From Lama glama (taxonomy: Eukaryota), in assembly GCA_028534125.1 (NCBI GenBank), contig CM052816.1, positions 10,480,001 through 10,544,000 on the forward strand: DNA of 64,000 bases, in the 5' to 3' direction. Shown one piece after another: positions 10,401 to 21,890 of the stretch. The position numbers were made by a program, and so were the translations under genes. The notes under the pieces were generated by a model that saw only the letters and a list, made by a program, of their open reading frames with translations, did not search any database and was not told the DNA's origin. Position 1 is the stretch's first letter, and each line of letters begins with the position of its first letter.

Positions 10401-13019
10401 AGTCATATGCATGAGAGAAATACAACTCATGGCATATAGTTAATGAGACAGTCTGCATGAGGCAACTAGCACAATGCCTGGCACATAATTTGCAAAGAAT
10501 TAGTATTAGTTACTGCTGTTTTTAATAGTGACAGCATTTCCTTAGTATGTATTGTTATTATTATTTTAATTTGACACCTGTTGATTTTCTCTTGGACTCT
10601 TTGCACATGAAAGAAATACAGATTAGAGTCAGAATTGAAAAAAGTTTCCAAGCAAATCTGGATTAAGGATGAGTTACTGAAAAGGAATTTGAGGAGCCCC
10701 TGAGCAAATCTAGAAGAAAACCTCCTCTTCCTATTAGGGAAAACGTAAGTGAAGCCTTCATTTGGGAGGCAGACTCATTAAGGAAATGCGACTTTTCCTA
10801 CTGAAAGCCAACTGCTGGCAAAGTGCCTTCTGGACTTGCAGAAAAGAATCATTAAATGGAGAACAAAGACAGAGTCAGTAATTAGGAAGCAAGAGATTAA
10901 ACGGTATGGGAGAAGGGAGGGAGCGGGGAGGGGCAGGTGGTAACAGGTGGCTGGAGGAAGCTGGAGGGGATGATGATGGAGATCATGACAGAAAGAACTC
11001 AATTGTATCGCTGAGCTAAAAAACGAAGGGCTTTTAATTCCCACTCCTCAGGGGAGTGAGGAAGAAGCAGGTGGGATGCCATCAGTGTTCCATTGTGGGC
11101 CAGGGAGAAGCAAATGGAGGTGCCCTGTGTGTTTCCTTACTGCATTTAGAGTCCAGAATAAGCAGGGACTAGCGTAAGGGCTGAACCATGGATGACATTG
11201 GATAGGCTTGGTCCTAAAGAGAACATCAATTTTAAGGAGCTGTCATTGTTAATACTGCATTCTCTAAATTTTGCGCCTAAAGCCTCAGTACATGTATTTT
11301 TCACACCACACCCCAATGCTGTCATTCTTACATTTTTCTTCACACTTCAGGCTTTTCTCAAGTAGCCCATCTTCCTGCAACACAAGATGTACCAAGCACT
11401 GACCTTGCAAGTTGTCAAGTCAGAAAGAGAAAGAATATTATCACAATTTGCCATATTTCCGAGTTCCCTTCTGATGCAGATAGTTCTGTTCACCAAAGAT
11501 CCAGTGATTTTTTTGGCGCAAAGAAAATGTGTAAACAGGGAACCACTTTTGTGTGTTTAGAGGAGGAGCAGGAGGAGTGGGCCATTGGGTGGTGGCTTTT
11601 CCAATGCACCTAATAAACCCAAAACAGTGTAGAATTGTCTTTTTTTTTCCCCTCCCCTTATGGGTAACTAAATGGTAACTCATATCCAGAAAGAAATCAA
11701 CCTTTTTCTGGCAGCAAAATGGAGACAAACCTTTTCCATGCTACTGAATAGGGCCCAGAAGGGCTATAGGACCCCAGAGGGGCCATATCCTTTCCTGACC
11801 TCCTGATGTTAAGTCTGCAGTGCATCATTTTGAGATGTCAAGAGGACAGTCACCACCCATGGAAATGGACATCCTAAACAGAAAATAGAAGAGAAACAGC
11901 AGTGTGTCTTATAGGAACACAGGACTTTTCAGATTCTACCCTGATCTGGCCACACACTGGATTATTCACTGCAGACAACAGTTGACCTTTGGCCTATACT
12001 TTTCGGGGCTATCAATACTTGAGATTATCCAGGCTGCTGAGGTGCCCTAGGTAAGGAGGTGTCTTCTGCAGGAACTGAAGAATCTATGCTGTGATGGAAG
12101 AAAGCTGTGACTTCTAACAGAGCTGTCTAGTTGTATTGCCACAGCATATGCACAGACATAACTTGTTTTGTTTGTATTTGAAAACTGTAACTACTCAAGC
12201 TGAGACAAATTTAGAAACTCAGGGGAAAAAAAAACAAAGATCCTGAAAAGCACCCAAGTCAACACCCCTTGCAGTTAACTATTGTTTATATTTCTTCAGC
12301 TCTTGCTTCATCATTTTTATATACTAAAAACTGTGGGTAAATATAATTTCCACCTCAGCCCTCATGCCAAGTTAACTCCCCTTTCATACTTAACCTAAAC
12401 AGCCACAATCATGAATCTGGTATACCTTTTACATTCCACTTTGGACAGTTTTACATATACAGCATGTGTTTTAAGATAAGCCACCTAAATGATACCATAT
12501 TTTTCATCCTACTGTGAACATTTCTCATTATACTTCTGTGGTCTAGGCACGCTGATCTCTACTGCTTTTTAAGTGCTTTTTAAGTGCTGCATAGCAGTCC
12601 ATTGTGTGAACCCATGGCAACTTTATTTGTGTAAACATGTTCAAATCCTTCAGCTTTGCTGGGGGGAAGGGAATCCTGGTGGAGATGAAGCCAACCATCA
12701 AAGGCAGCTGGGCTTGTTTAGAAGCTGGATAAGAGAAACAAGCAGAAACATCTCACGCGCTCATCTCCCCCCAGCAAATATTTGTTGAAGTCTGTCTGCG
12801 TCTGGAACTGAGTCAGAGGCTAGGGTGACAAAGTGAGGTACAAAATAGCGAAGAAGCTCGGAGTGGCCCAGCCCTATCAGGTCGTGGTGGGTTATCCTGA
12901 TCGCTTGCCTTCGTCTTCTTTCTCTTCCCTTTTAACTTCCTAGCTTCCCAGCGGTGCCCTTAGAATGCACGGTTACTTAAAAGGAAGAGAATCTAGACCA
13001 TCACTCACCTAGATCTTGG

Positions 13020-13620
13020 CGGTCCTTCCACGCCTTCCGAGAATGCTTCCACCCGGGGAGCAGGGGCTAACTGAGAAACTCCGAGAAAGGAGGAGTGAGC
13101 AGGGAAAGGCACCTACCTGGCAGGGCGCACTGCGATCGCGAGCGCGAGCGCTGGGCTGGGCTCGGCGGGGCGGGGGCGGGCGGGCACCTGCGGCTGCCGG
13201 TGGTTCCTAGTGCCGGCCAAGCGCGCGCAGCTACTCCGGGAGGGGCGGATCCCGGGCCGGGGCGGGGAGCAGGTCGCTTGCCGGCGTTCTCGGGCGCCCG
13301 GCTACGCACAATCGGCCAGGCAGCCGCCTGGGCTCCGCGCTCAGCCAGGGGAGGGCGAGGCCGGAGGACTGCTCTGCGAGCTGGCAGTGGGATCCCGCGA
13401 CGCTTTGGCACGAGTCGGGGCCGCCAGGACGCAGTGCGCGCCCCAACTTCCCGGGCCGAGGTCTGGTTCCCCTTAAGTGACACCCTCCCCCCGCCCCCTC
13501 AAGATACCCAGGCGACACTGCTGCGGAGGATGGTGGCTTTGAAGGTGGCGGATACGAGCCTGCGGATCTTAGATGGGGAAAGGCGCGATTTTCTTTAAGA
13601 CTTTCTGGGGGTGTTGCGGA
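13020..13620. promoter_or_regulatory. CpG island / GC-box promoter of STK32A, possibly bidirectional
   Basis: The only long GC- and CpG-rich stretch in the window. Multiple GGGCGG Sp/KLF boxes (about 13168-13183, 13242-13248, 13260-13266, and reverse at about 13488-13497), CGCG runs, no obvious TATA box. Confidence 0.9.
13117..13330 (-). other. STK32A: Probable non-coding exon 1 of STK32A (TSS approximate; alternative 3' end at 13009)
   Basis: Lies inside the CpG island. Minus-strand donor CAG|GTAGGT at 13117/13116 and a second donor TAG|GTGAGT at 13009/13008, about 3.7-3.8 kb upstream of exon 2. The TSS cannot be read from sequence. Confidence 0.6.
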
Positions 13621-13989
13621 GATCCAGTACAGGGCTGAGAATTTTATAGGTCCCTACATGAAGAATCATTTAACGGTTATGATTTTATAGATTCCCTCGT
13701 TTTACGGCTGGGGAAATTGAGACAGAGAAGAAGTATATCTACCCAGCATAACATCATTAATGAAGAGAACGGTTTCTTGACCCGGGTCTCCTGGCTCCCA
13801 GCCCCATCTTTAACATCAATCCCGCTGGAAGTTTCTTTGTTCTCTCCCACGGCAGCTCCCTTGTACTTCCCTTTGTAATAATACTCAATACGATTGAAAT
13901 ATTATGCTTTCCTTCTAACTTAAGAGTCACACACACCTAAGCATTCGGAGATTAGGTACATAGGCTGCTTACTGAAATGGTGAAGGTGT

Positions 13990-14262
13990 GTAATCTTGGG
14001 CAGTTGTGAGGCAGGGGAACTGAAGGGTGTAGGTCTAGTTTGGGAGTGGGGTAGGGACAGCTTCTACTCAACTCCAGCATTCCCCTGCAGTGTGGAAATG
14101 CCAGCTCCGCGTTCCAAATAATCAGATTTTAAGAGAAGCTAGAAATGAGAACTCCTGCGTGAAATCTCCCATTATTTAGAAACACTGTCAAGTTTTTAAA
14201 ATGTTAAAAAACTGTATTGATCCAACAAAATGCGTCTGTGGCAGACACGTCTTTTTCAGATT
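13990..14262 (+). mobile_element. hAT-Charlie MITE (MER102-like), 3' end hit by an L1
   Basis: ctactcaactccagc...gattttaagagaagctagaaat...gtgaaatctccc...ccaacaaaatgcgtctgtgg. Confidence 0.6.
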
Positions 14263-14267
14263 CCCAC

Positions 14268-15328
14268 TTTTTTTTTAATTGAAGTATAGTCAGTTACAAT
14301 ACATCAATTTCTCGTGCGCAGCATAATGTCCCAGTCATGCGTGTATATACATATATTTGTTTTCATAAAGGGATATTACAAAATATTGAATATAGTTCCC
14401 TATGCTATTAAGAAGAAATTTTTTTGTTTTAATCTATTTATATATATATATAGTGGTTAACATTTGCAAATCTCAAACTTACAAATTTATCCTTTCCCAT
14501 CCCCTTTCCCCTAATAACCATAAGACTGTTTATTGTGTATTCAAGTCTGCTTCTGTTTCGTAAGTGAGTTCATTAGTAGTGTTCTCATTTTTTTTTTTTT
14601 TTAAGATTCCACATGTGAGTGATATATGGTATTTTTTCTTTCTCTTTCTGGCTTACTTCACATAGAATGACAATCTCCAGGTACATCCATGTTGCTGCAA
14701 ATGGCATTATTTTATTCTTTTTTAAAATCCCTGAGTAGTATTCCATTGTATAAATATAAAACAACCTCTTTATCTAGTCATCCATCACGGGACATGTAGG
14801 TTGCTTCCATGTCTTGGCTATTGTAAATAGGGCTCCTAAGAAGAATGAGATGCATATATCTTTTTGAATTAGAGTTCCCTCTGGATATATGCCCAGGAGT
14901 GGGATTGCTGGATCATATGGTAAGTATTTTTAGTCTTTTGAGGAATCTCCACACTGTTTTCCATAGTGGCTGCACCAAACTACATTCCCACCAACAGTGT
15001 AGGAGGGTTCCCTTTTCTCCACACCCTCTCTGGTATTTTATCGTTTGTGAACTTCTGAATGATGGCAATTCTGACTGGTGTGAGGTGATACCCCATTGTT
15101 GTTTTGATTTGCATTTCTCTGATAATTAGCAATATTGAGCCTTTTTTCATGTGCCTATTGTTCATTTGTATGTCTTCATTGGAGAATTGCTTGTTTAGGT
15201 CTTCTGCCCATTTTTGGATTGGGTTGTTTGTGTTTTTTTGTTAAGTTGTATGAGCTGTTTATATATTCTGGAAATTAACTTTGTCAGTTGCATCATTTGC
15301 AGATATTTTCTCTCATTCCATAGATTGT
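14268..15328 (-). mobile_element. L1, about 1.06 kb 3' portion (ORF2 C-terminus plus 3' UTR)
   Basis: ORF 14980-15165(-) [34 protein letters not shown] is L1 ORF2p. T-tail at 14268. Degenerate TSD cagattcccactttt (14257) / cggacttccactttt (15329). Confidence 0.95.
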
Positions 15329-16154
15329 CGGACTTCCACTTTTTGATCTGTCTAGATAGGAAGTTGCACAGAATGCTGGAACCATTTTGGCTTTGGTCAC
15401 CAGTTTTAGTATCAGCTTATAGGATGGTGTCTGATGCATCTTAAATATCTACTGTTATTATTGAAGGTGTCAGTGGTCACCTGATAGGCAAGAACCCCGT
15501 AATTTGCTAATTAAACAATTATTTCAGAGAACTTACCTTCTTTTATTGTGACCTAGCCCCTTTCCTCGTCTTTCTATTACTTCAGCCATGGGCTATCACT
15601 AACTATGGGCTAGTGGTGTGAAACTTGGAGTAACCTTGAATTTCAACTAATTCTCTCTTTCCTTTGGCATTTGGGGTCCTGAGGAAGGGATTTACTGAAA
15701 GCCACAGAGTGAGCTGGAGGCAAAACTCTGTAGAAACTTACCTTATGTTGCAGCTCCTTATGAAGAACCGTCTGAGAGAGGATCAGATGATATAAACGAA
15801 CATTCAAAGAGGAATTTGGGTCAAGTTCCAAAAGAAGGCAACCAAATTAAAAAAAAAAGAGCAAGAGAATTTTTAAGGCATTCCTTTTGGGGGAGAGGAT
15901 ATTATTTTTAAGGTACAAATCAGGCACCTGGCTGAAAATACATTATTTTTATAGAACATCTGGTAGTTTATAAAACTCTTTGTCTTCATGGCACTGGAGA
16001 TGCACTACAAAATCACTGGGCTTGTATTATTATCTCCTCCTCTCCCCTAGGAGATAATGATATCCATTTAACACTAAGAAAACTGTAATTGCAAGTAAGT
16101 GGGCTGTGACTAGAATTAAAGTCTCCGGAAGCCTCCTTTTGGTCCCGGTTTGCA

Positions 16155-16400
16155 TAAAGGGCTTTGGAATCAGGCAGCCTTTCACCCAAATGCCAGCTCC
16201 ACCACTTAATATCTCTGAGATGTTGGCCAAGTCACTTAAAGGTCCTGAAACTCAACTTTCCAGTTTAGTAAAGGGAATAGTGGTCATTCCTATCCGCTCT
16301 GATGAATGGAGGATTAAATGAAATAACGTATATAATAATGCATTTGGTACAGTGCTAGGCAGCACAGAGTAAGTGCTCAGAAACTGGCAATCGTTAAGAT
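16155..16400 (+). mobile_element. MIR SINE (near full length)
   Basis: ggctttggaatcaggcag...ccacttaat...ttggccaagtcacttaa...ggattaaatgaaataacg...acagtgctaggc...gtaagtgctca. Confidence 0.8.
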
Positions 16401-17019
16401 AGTCATTTTAATTAGCAGGCTGCTAGGTTCTGTACCAGTGCTTCTCAGATATCTTCTACAAATCTTCTGTCAGTACAGTCACTTTTGCTTAAAATAAAAC
16501 TAATCTGTCCTAATGTAAAGATTAGGCATACCATGGGTTTTATAGAACAAATAGTGATTCTAATTCCAGTATCATGTGTAGTCTATCAAATGCAGACCTA
16601 TTTCAAAGAGCTGTTTGTTTTAACCTCCTATTTATTCATACTGTTGTTTATACTTTCCTGCTAATATTTATGTCTTAAACACAGCTGTTTAAGGAGACCG
16701 CCATAAAGCAGTCACTTGGGAGACTAACCAGGCTGGATACTTATGACAATCTCTGGAGCCCCCCAGCGGCGAGGAGAATGAAGTAACCAGTAAACCAGTG
16801 AGGAAGTTTTGCCCAGATAGATATCTAGAGTTTTAAAACATTTTGTTTTTATAAGTAATGGCTTGCAGCAGAAACATTAATACCACACCAATACAACCAT
16901 GCCATTCTTGGCTTGATGCTGTATACTGGGTTCCACCACGTTGAGAATAAAGTGATGCTCTTTTCTGCAGTAGACAAAGCCTTATACTGTCCATTCCCTG
17001 CCAATTGGTCCAACTGCAT

Positions 17020-17440
17020 CCAGGACCAGTGTTCCTCTGCCCACTCCACTCCAGCCGCCATGGCTTTCTGAAGATCATGCCGAACTTGTCCCCACCCCAG
17101 GATATTTGAACGGCTCTTGTTTATGCATGGACATGGTTCTAGACTTCTCATCATTCAGCTATCAGCTCATTTTCCTCTAGTTCAGAAAGATCTTTCCTCA
17201 GTTCCTTAGCTGAAGATGTTTCCCTGCTACTTCCTCCATTCTCCACTATACACATTAATTTCTTCTATCTTATTATTCATCATGAGCTGTAATTAATTGG
17301 CTTATGTAGGTTCTTTGCTTTCCCCCACTGAATGCAGGCTCCATGGGGGAAGGAATAATCTCTGTCTTGTCCACCATTAATATATCCAGTGCTGAACCAG
17401 TGTTTGGTAAATAGAAGTGTTTCATCAAATAAGTAAATGA
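17020..17440 (+). mobile_element. L2 3' fragment
   Basis: ccactccactccagcc...gaatgcaggctccatggggga...tctgtcttgtccacc...catcaaataagtaaatga. Confidence 0.7.
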
Positions 17441-18864
17441 TTGTATATTTCCATCATTCTTTTCTTTCTTAGTTCAGGAGGAAAATACAAAAAGACATAT
17501 TATACTTCAAAGCAGTAACCATTCCCATGATGTAAGTGGACATTTAGTGGGCAAAATTCAAAACATACAAAGACAAATAAGATATGTTCGCTGGACATGA
17601 GGGTTTTATGGTTTGATGGAGGTGGGACTACAGCCTAAGATTGATAGATACCCAGTGGAAGCCCCCTGGGAGCACTGGCTGAATCAGTTTCCTCTGCCTA
17701 AAGATGCCAGAAGTTTCAGTAATGTGTATTCATTGTCTTGAAGGATGAATGAGGGGGTCACTAAACAGAGAGCAAGGCCTCCCAGATCTGGAGACTGGAG
17801 TCATACAAAAACACTATATTTGGGGAGAAATATAAAATATTTACTGTGACTGGAGACTAAGGAGTACAGAGGGAGTGAGAGAGGATGGAAGAAAGAGCTG
17901 AAGAACCAAATATACTATGGAAAAGAGCTTGAAGTATAGACATAATGGCAGTGGGAGGCCCTCAGATCCATTAAGCAGGAAATGGACCTCCTTAGAGTCA
18001 AGTTTCAGTGAGATTCCTCTGCCCTCTCCACAAAAGACAAAGCTTTATTTTCTGTTGGCCTGGTATGCAAATTATTCTCACTTACTAAGAAGACGCATTC
18101 TCTCTTACAGCAGTAAGAAAATTCTCCTTACTTACAAAATAAATTGTTAGAACCCAGCACAATGTCTCAGATTCCATAAGTTCTCAAGTATGTGTGGAAA
18201 TTCAGTTTCATGTTCAGGTTTACCTGGTTTGTCCACTTCGATCAATTTAATCACTGTTTGAAACTGTGTATGAAAACCTGAAGTTTTCTTTTAGCTATTA
18301 TCTTGACAAAAACACTCCATTTTGTTCTTACTTTCATTAAATGATTGACATTTGCAGTTTCTAAACTGCCATTACAAATACTGTAACTTCAAGTTCACGA
18401 TTTTTTTAACAACCCATTCCTGCAGGGTTTATCATTTGTCTACAGTAGGGGCAGCACCAGCCAGGAGCTGGAGACACGAAGATTAATAAACCAACCCCTG
18501 TTCTCAAAGAAGCAAGCATTCTAGTGAGTGCACAATGCGTATCACTCTGTCTTCACCACTCAGCCCTGTGATGTGACATAATTTAATTGCGAGGGAAGGA
18601 AACGACGTAATGGGAACATTTGATATCTCGTGTCCAAAACAAAAAGATAGACATAGTATCAAATTGTTCCCTCATCTATGCTTACTGGAAAATAATTAAC
18701 TGAGAAAGAGAAATAGAGGAAAAATGGGTTGAGTGAAAGCACATAAGAAATGAGCAGTCGTGGTGCCAACTGTATATGTATATATATATATACATCCATG
18801 TGCTTATTTATTCCAGAGCATTCACTGAGGCGTGTGTAATTTAATTGTTCTCAAGAAAACCCAG

Positions 18865-19115
18865 TAGAGCATCATTGGTGAGGAAAAATTTTCTTAGCAT
18901 CAGGCAGACCTGGGTTTGTTTCCTGATTTTACCACCTAAAGCTTCACGCCCTTGTGAAGTCGTTTAGACTCAGAATCTTGTTTCTTGTTCTGTACAGTAC
19001 AGATGCTTGTGGTACGTATCCCCAACCAGTATTGTGATGATTAAATGAGATAATACATGAAAACACTTATCACAATGCTTGATGCAGAGAGATACCTAAT
19101 AATTGCATTATTATT
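18865..19115 (+). mobile_element. MIR SINE
   Basis: catcaggcagacctgggtttg...ttgtgatgattaaatgagataatacatgaaaacacttatcacaatgc. Confidence 0.8.
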
Positions 19116-19299
19116 ATAATTGTCATTATTATTTTATTATTATACTGAATGTCTCTCTTTCGTATGAAAGGTATGAAAGAATGCCCATCTCACTGTACCA
19201 TTGTCAGTACTGACCTAAGCTTAAGAGAAACCATTGTTGGGAGGCATGGTTACAACACTGAATGAAATAAGTATGTATGTTAAGGAGTTCATCATCTAC

Positions 19300-19620
19300 T
19301 GAAAATTCAGGCAAACTAGCTGGCAATTTCAGTCCTGTGTACTAGGGCTGTGATAACAGAAGTTAGGGTGCTCTGTGAGCACATAAATGAAATGCATAAA
19401 CTAGTCTAGAGGTGTCAGCAAAGGTGTCACAGGAAAATAGCATCCAAGCTCAGTCCTGGGTTAGATGTGCAAAGGGAAAGGGCAGAGAATGCTCCAGCCC
19501 AAGGGAGCAGCACGGGCAAAGCCGTGTAGACAAGAGAGAGCAGGTTGTGTTCAAGGAAACCAAGGAGGTTCAGTGTGGCCACGTTATGATGGAGGAAAAC
19601 ATTGTCCACAGAGGAAACGG
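19300..19620 (-). mobile_element. L2 fragment
   Basis: Purine-rich reversed L2 signature (agggtgctctgtgagcacata...gagcagcacgggcaaagcc...aaggaggttcagtgtggc). Confidence 0.6.
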
Positions 19621-21607
19621 CAAGTGCAGTATCCTGGATGTGACAGAGGCGATGTGTATGCCCATCCCTTTGTCTCATCTGTATGGCAAACCCATAAATT
19701 CTGGGTTGCTCTTTTCTGTTTTCAGAACAGAAAATAGAAACTCAAATGTTTTCAGTAAGTTTCCTAAACTCCCGGCTCTGGTTTACTGCAAAGTCAATAT
19801 CCTTTTCAGTGTATTACAGGCTTCCTCTCTGAATGCTATGTGTGCCTGGGTGGATAAGTGTGTGTGTGCGATACAATTTTGATCCCTCCTTCTATAGCAA
19901 AAATATAACAATCAAAAATGTAACCTTAAAGAGTTAGCTTTCCCATGAAGTTATTTTAAGGCCAGAAGATTTCAACCTGGTTTATCTGATGTCAGCCCTT
20001 CAAATTATTTAACGAAATGATCTGTGAATGACAGCTCACAGTATAAAAAGGTTTTAATTTCTTCAACCATTTCTGTATATTACAAGGAAAGAAATCAGGA
20101 ATTCACATCTTGACTTTGTTTTCTACTTCGGTAGTTTATACCTTTCCTATGAGAGATTGGAAGAGTTGTGAACATGAGGGGATGGAGGGAACTTATTCAC
20201 CTACAAATAGTTTCATTTGACTCTTTAGGACCAGTTCCCTCCTCAGTCTTTAACTCTCAACACACACACACCCTACAGAGTCACATATTAGAATATCCAG
20301 GAGCATGTGGGGAACAGGCAGTAGACTTGGTGTTCGCCTTGATAACAAACTAGTAAGTGGTCACCTCCCGTCTCCCCTCTCCTCCCTTTCTCTTGGTGTT
20401 TTCCTATTAAGAGTGTCTTTGCAATGAGCTGTGACACAGAATGACACAGAAGTAACGGAAATACCACGGAGTTGTGCTCTGACTGTGGAAAATACATCTG
20501 ATGAAATTATATGTCTCTTTTTAATGGCCTAGGGAGATTTTTAAAAATCTACAAGTGTATAAATACATATTTTTCATGTTTAGGATGAATGTTACATTTC
20601 ACTGGAATAATGTATGTGTATTATCTTGGGATCTTTTCCCGAAATTTGTAGAGGTCTGGGGATAGTGTTTCCTCTCCCCCCAAAATTGCCCTCTTTAAAC
20701 ACCAGTATTTCTCAGTCTAACCTACCTGTCCTGTAGTTAGAGATATTTTGTCCCAGAGTTGTTGGGAATTTCTTGAGTTTTGGAGACTATTTCTATAAAA
20801 AGTTTAGAAAAGAGAAAAAGGAAAAAATCCAGGGTCTCATTCAGACCAGGAAATAGTGAAATATCTTCAAGTGTCTCTGAAATTAGGGCTAAAATGCGGT
20901 CCTTTCCGCTCCCAAAGCACAGCCCCATTCAGTGCACATCCACGAAAACATGCTGTGGTCCTCAGAGGCACTGTCTTGGTTTTCTGTAATTCTGTTTAAT
21001 TCATCATTTTGTACATTTTTAGATATGGAAGTGATTTACATTTTAACAAGTTACGATACTGAACTACAAAAGAGGGATAGAAGAAAGAGAAATTGTGCAT
21101 TTTGCTTTTTTTGTATCCCAAAGTAGGCCAGACTTCTGAATACAAGTTGTATTCATGAAGCACATTACTTCTGAGTCAAAATTGTGCTGTATCACTGGTC
21201 TACGTAATCATTTCAAAGATACTTCATCTTCGTCTTAGGATGGATAGCCATCCTTTGGTGCGTGCTGTTAATAGTTTGGTTTCTATAGAGAATGGCTCAG
21301 GACCTAGGGAACGATGGTAAAGATTCAGCATTTTGAAAGGAGGCTGTTAAGAGAACTACATGGAGTACCTTGAAGGTAAATTACTAAAGCAATTTCAGTG
21401 TATTTCTCATAGTCAAAAATGCATCCTTTCCAAACGTGTCTGTAAATTGTTCAGATCAGCATGACACAAGTTCACAATGACTTATTTCAAGAAAATTCCA
21501 AGTGTGAAACACTGTCCTTTGATGTACTTAAAGTTCACATGATTTTAGCAGAAGTCCAAGAAAGGGTCTTACTGTCCTTTGTTGTGTTTCCCCTGTTCTA
21601 AGTAGCA

Positions 21608-21664
<57 letters not shown>
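21608..21664 (+). repeat. (AAT)19 microsatellite
   Basis: Perfect trinucleotide run. Confidence 0.97.
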
Positions 21665-21666
<2 letters not shown>

Positions 21667-21689
21667 AAGAAAAGAGAAATAGATTAAAA

Positions 21690-21890
21690 CTACCACTACT
21701 GATAAATATTTATTAGCATTTTTAATATACCAAGCACTGAGGCCAACATTTTATTTGCACCCTGTCATTCAGTGCTAAAAATACCGATTTTCAGTCAAGA
21801 GGACTGGGGCTTAAAAGGGTCAGGGAGTTTTCCCAGAGTCACAGGATAGAAGCTCAGGTAGTCTGACTTCAAGATCTGGGCCTTTCACAA
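21690..21890 (-). mobile_element. MIR SINE fragment
   Basis: aatatttattagcattt...ccaagcactg...cccagagtcacag...ctcaggtagtctgacttcaag. Confidence 0.65.

Noticed and set aside
13016..13598. Overlapping 64-167 aa ORFs on both strands in the CpG island
   Set aside because: Arg/Ala/Gly/Pro-rich products expected from stop-poor GC-rich DNA; no recognisable domain, and the real STK32A start is at 9217.
19412..19882. 156-aa ORF
   Set aside because: Overlaps reversed L2 and MIR-like sequence; no protein family recognised.
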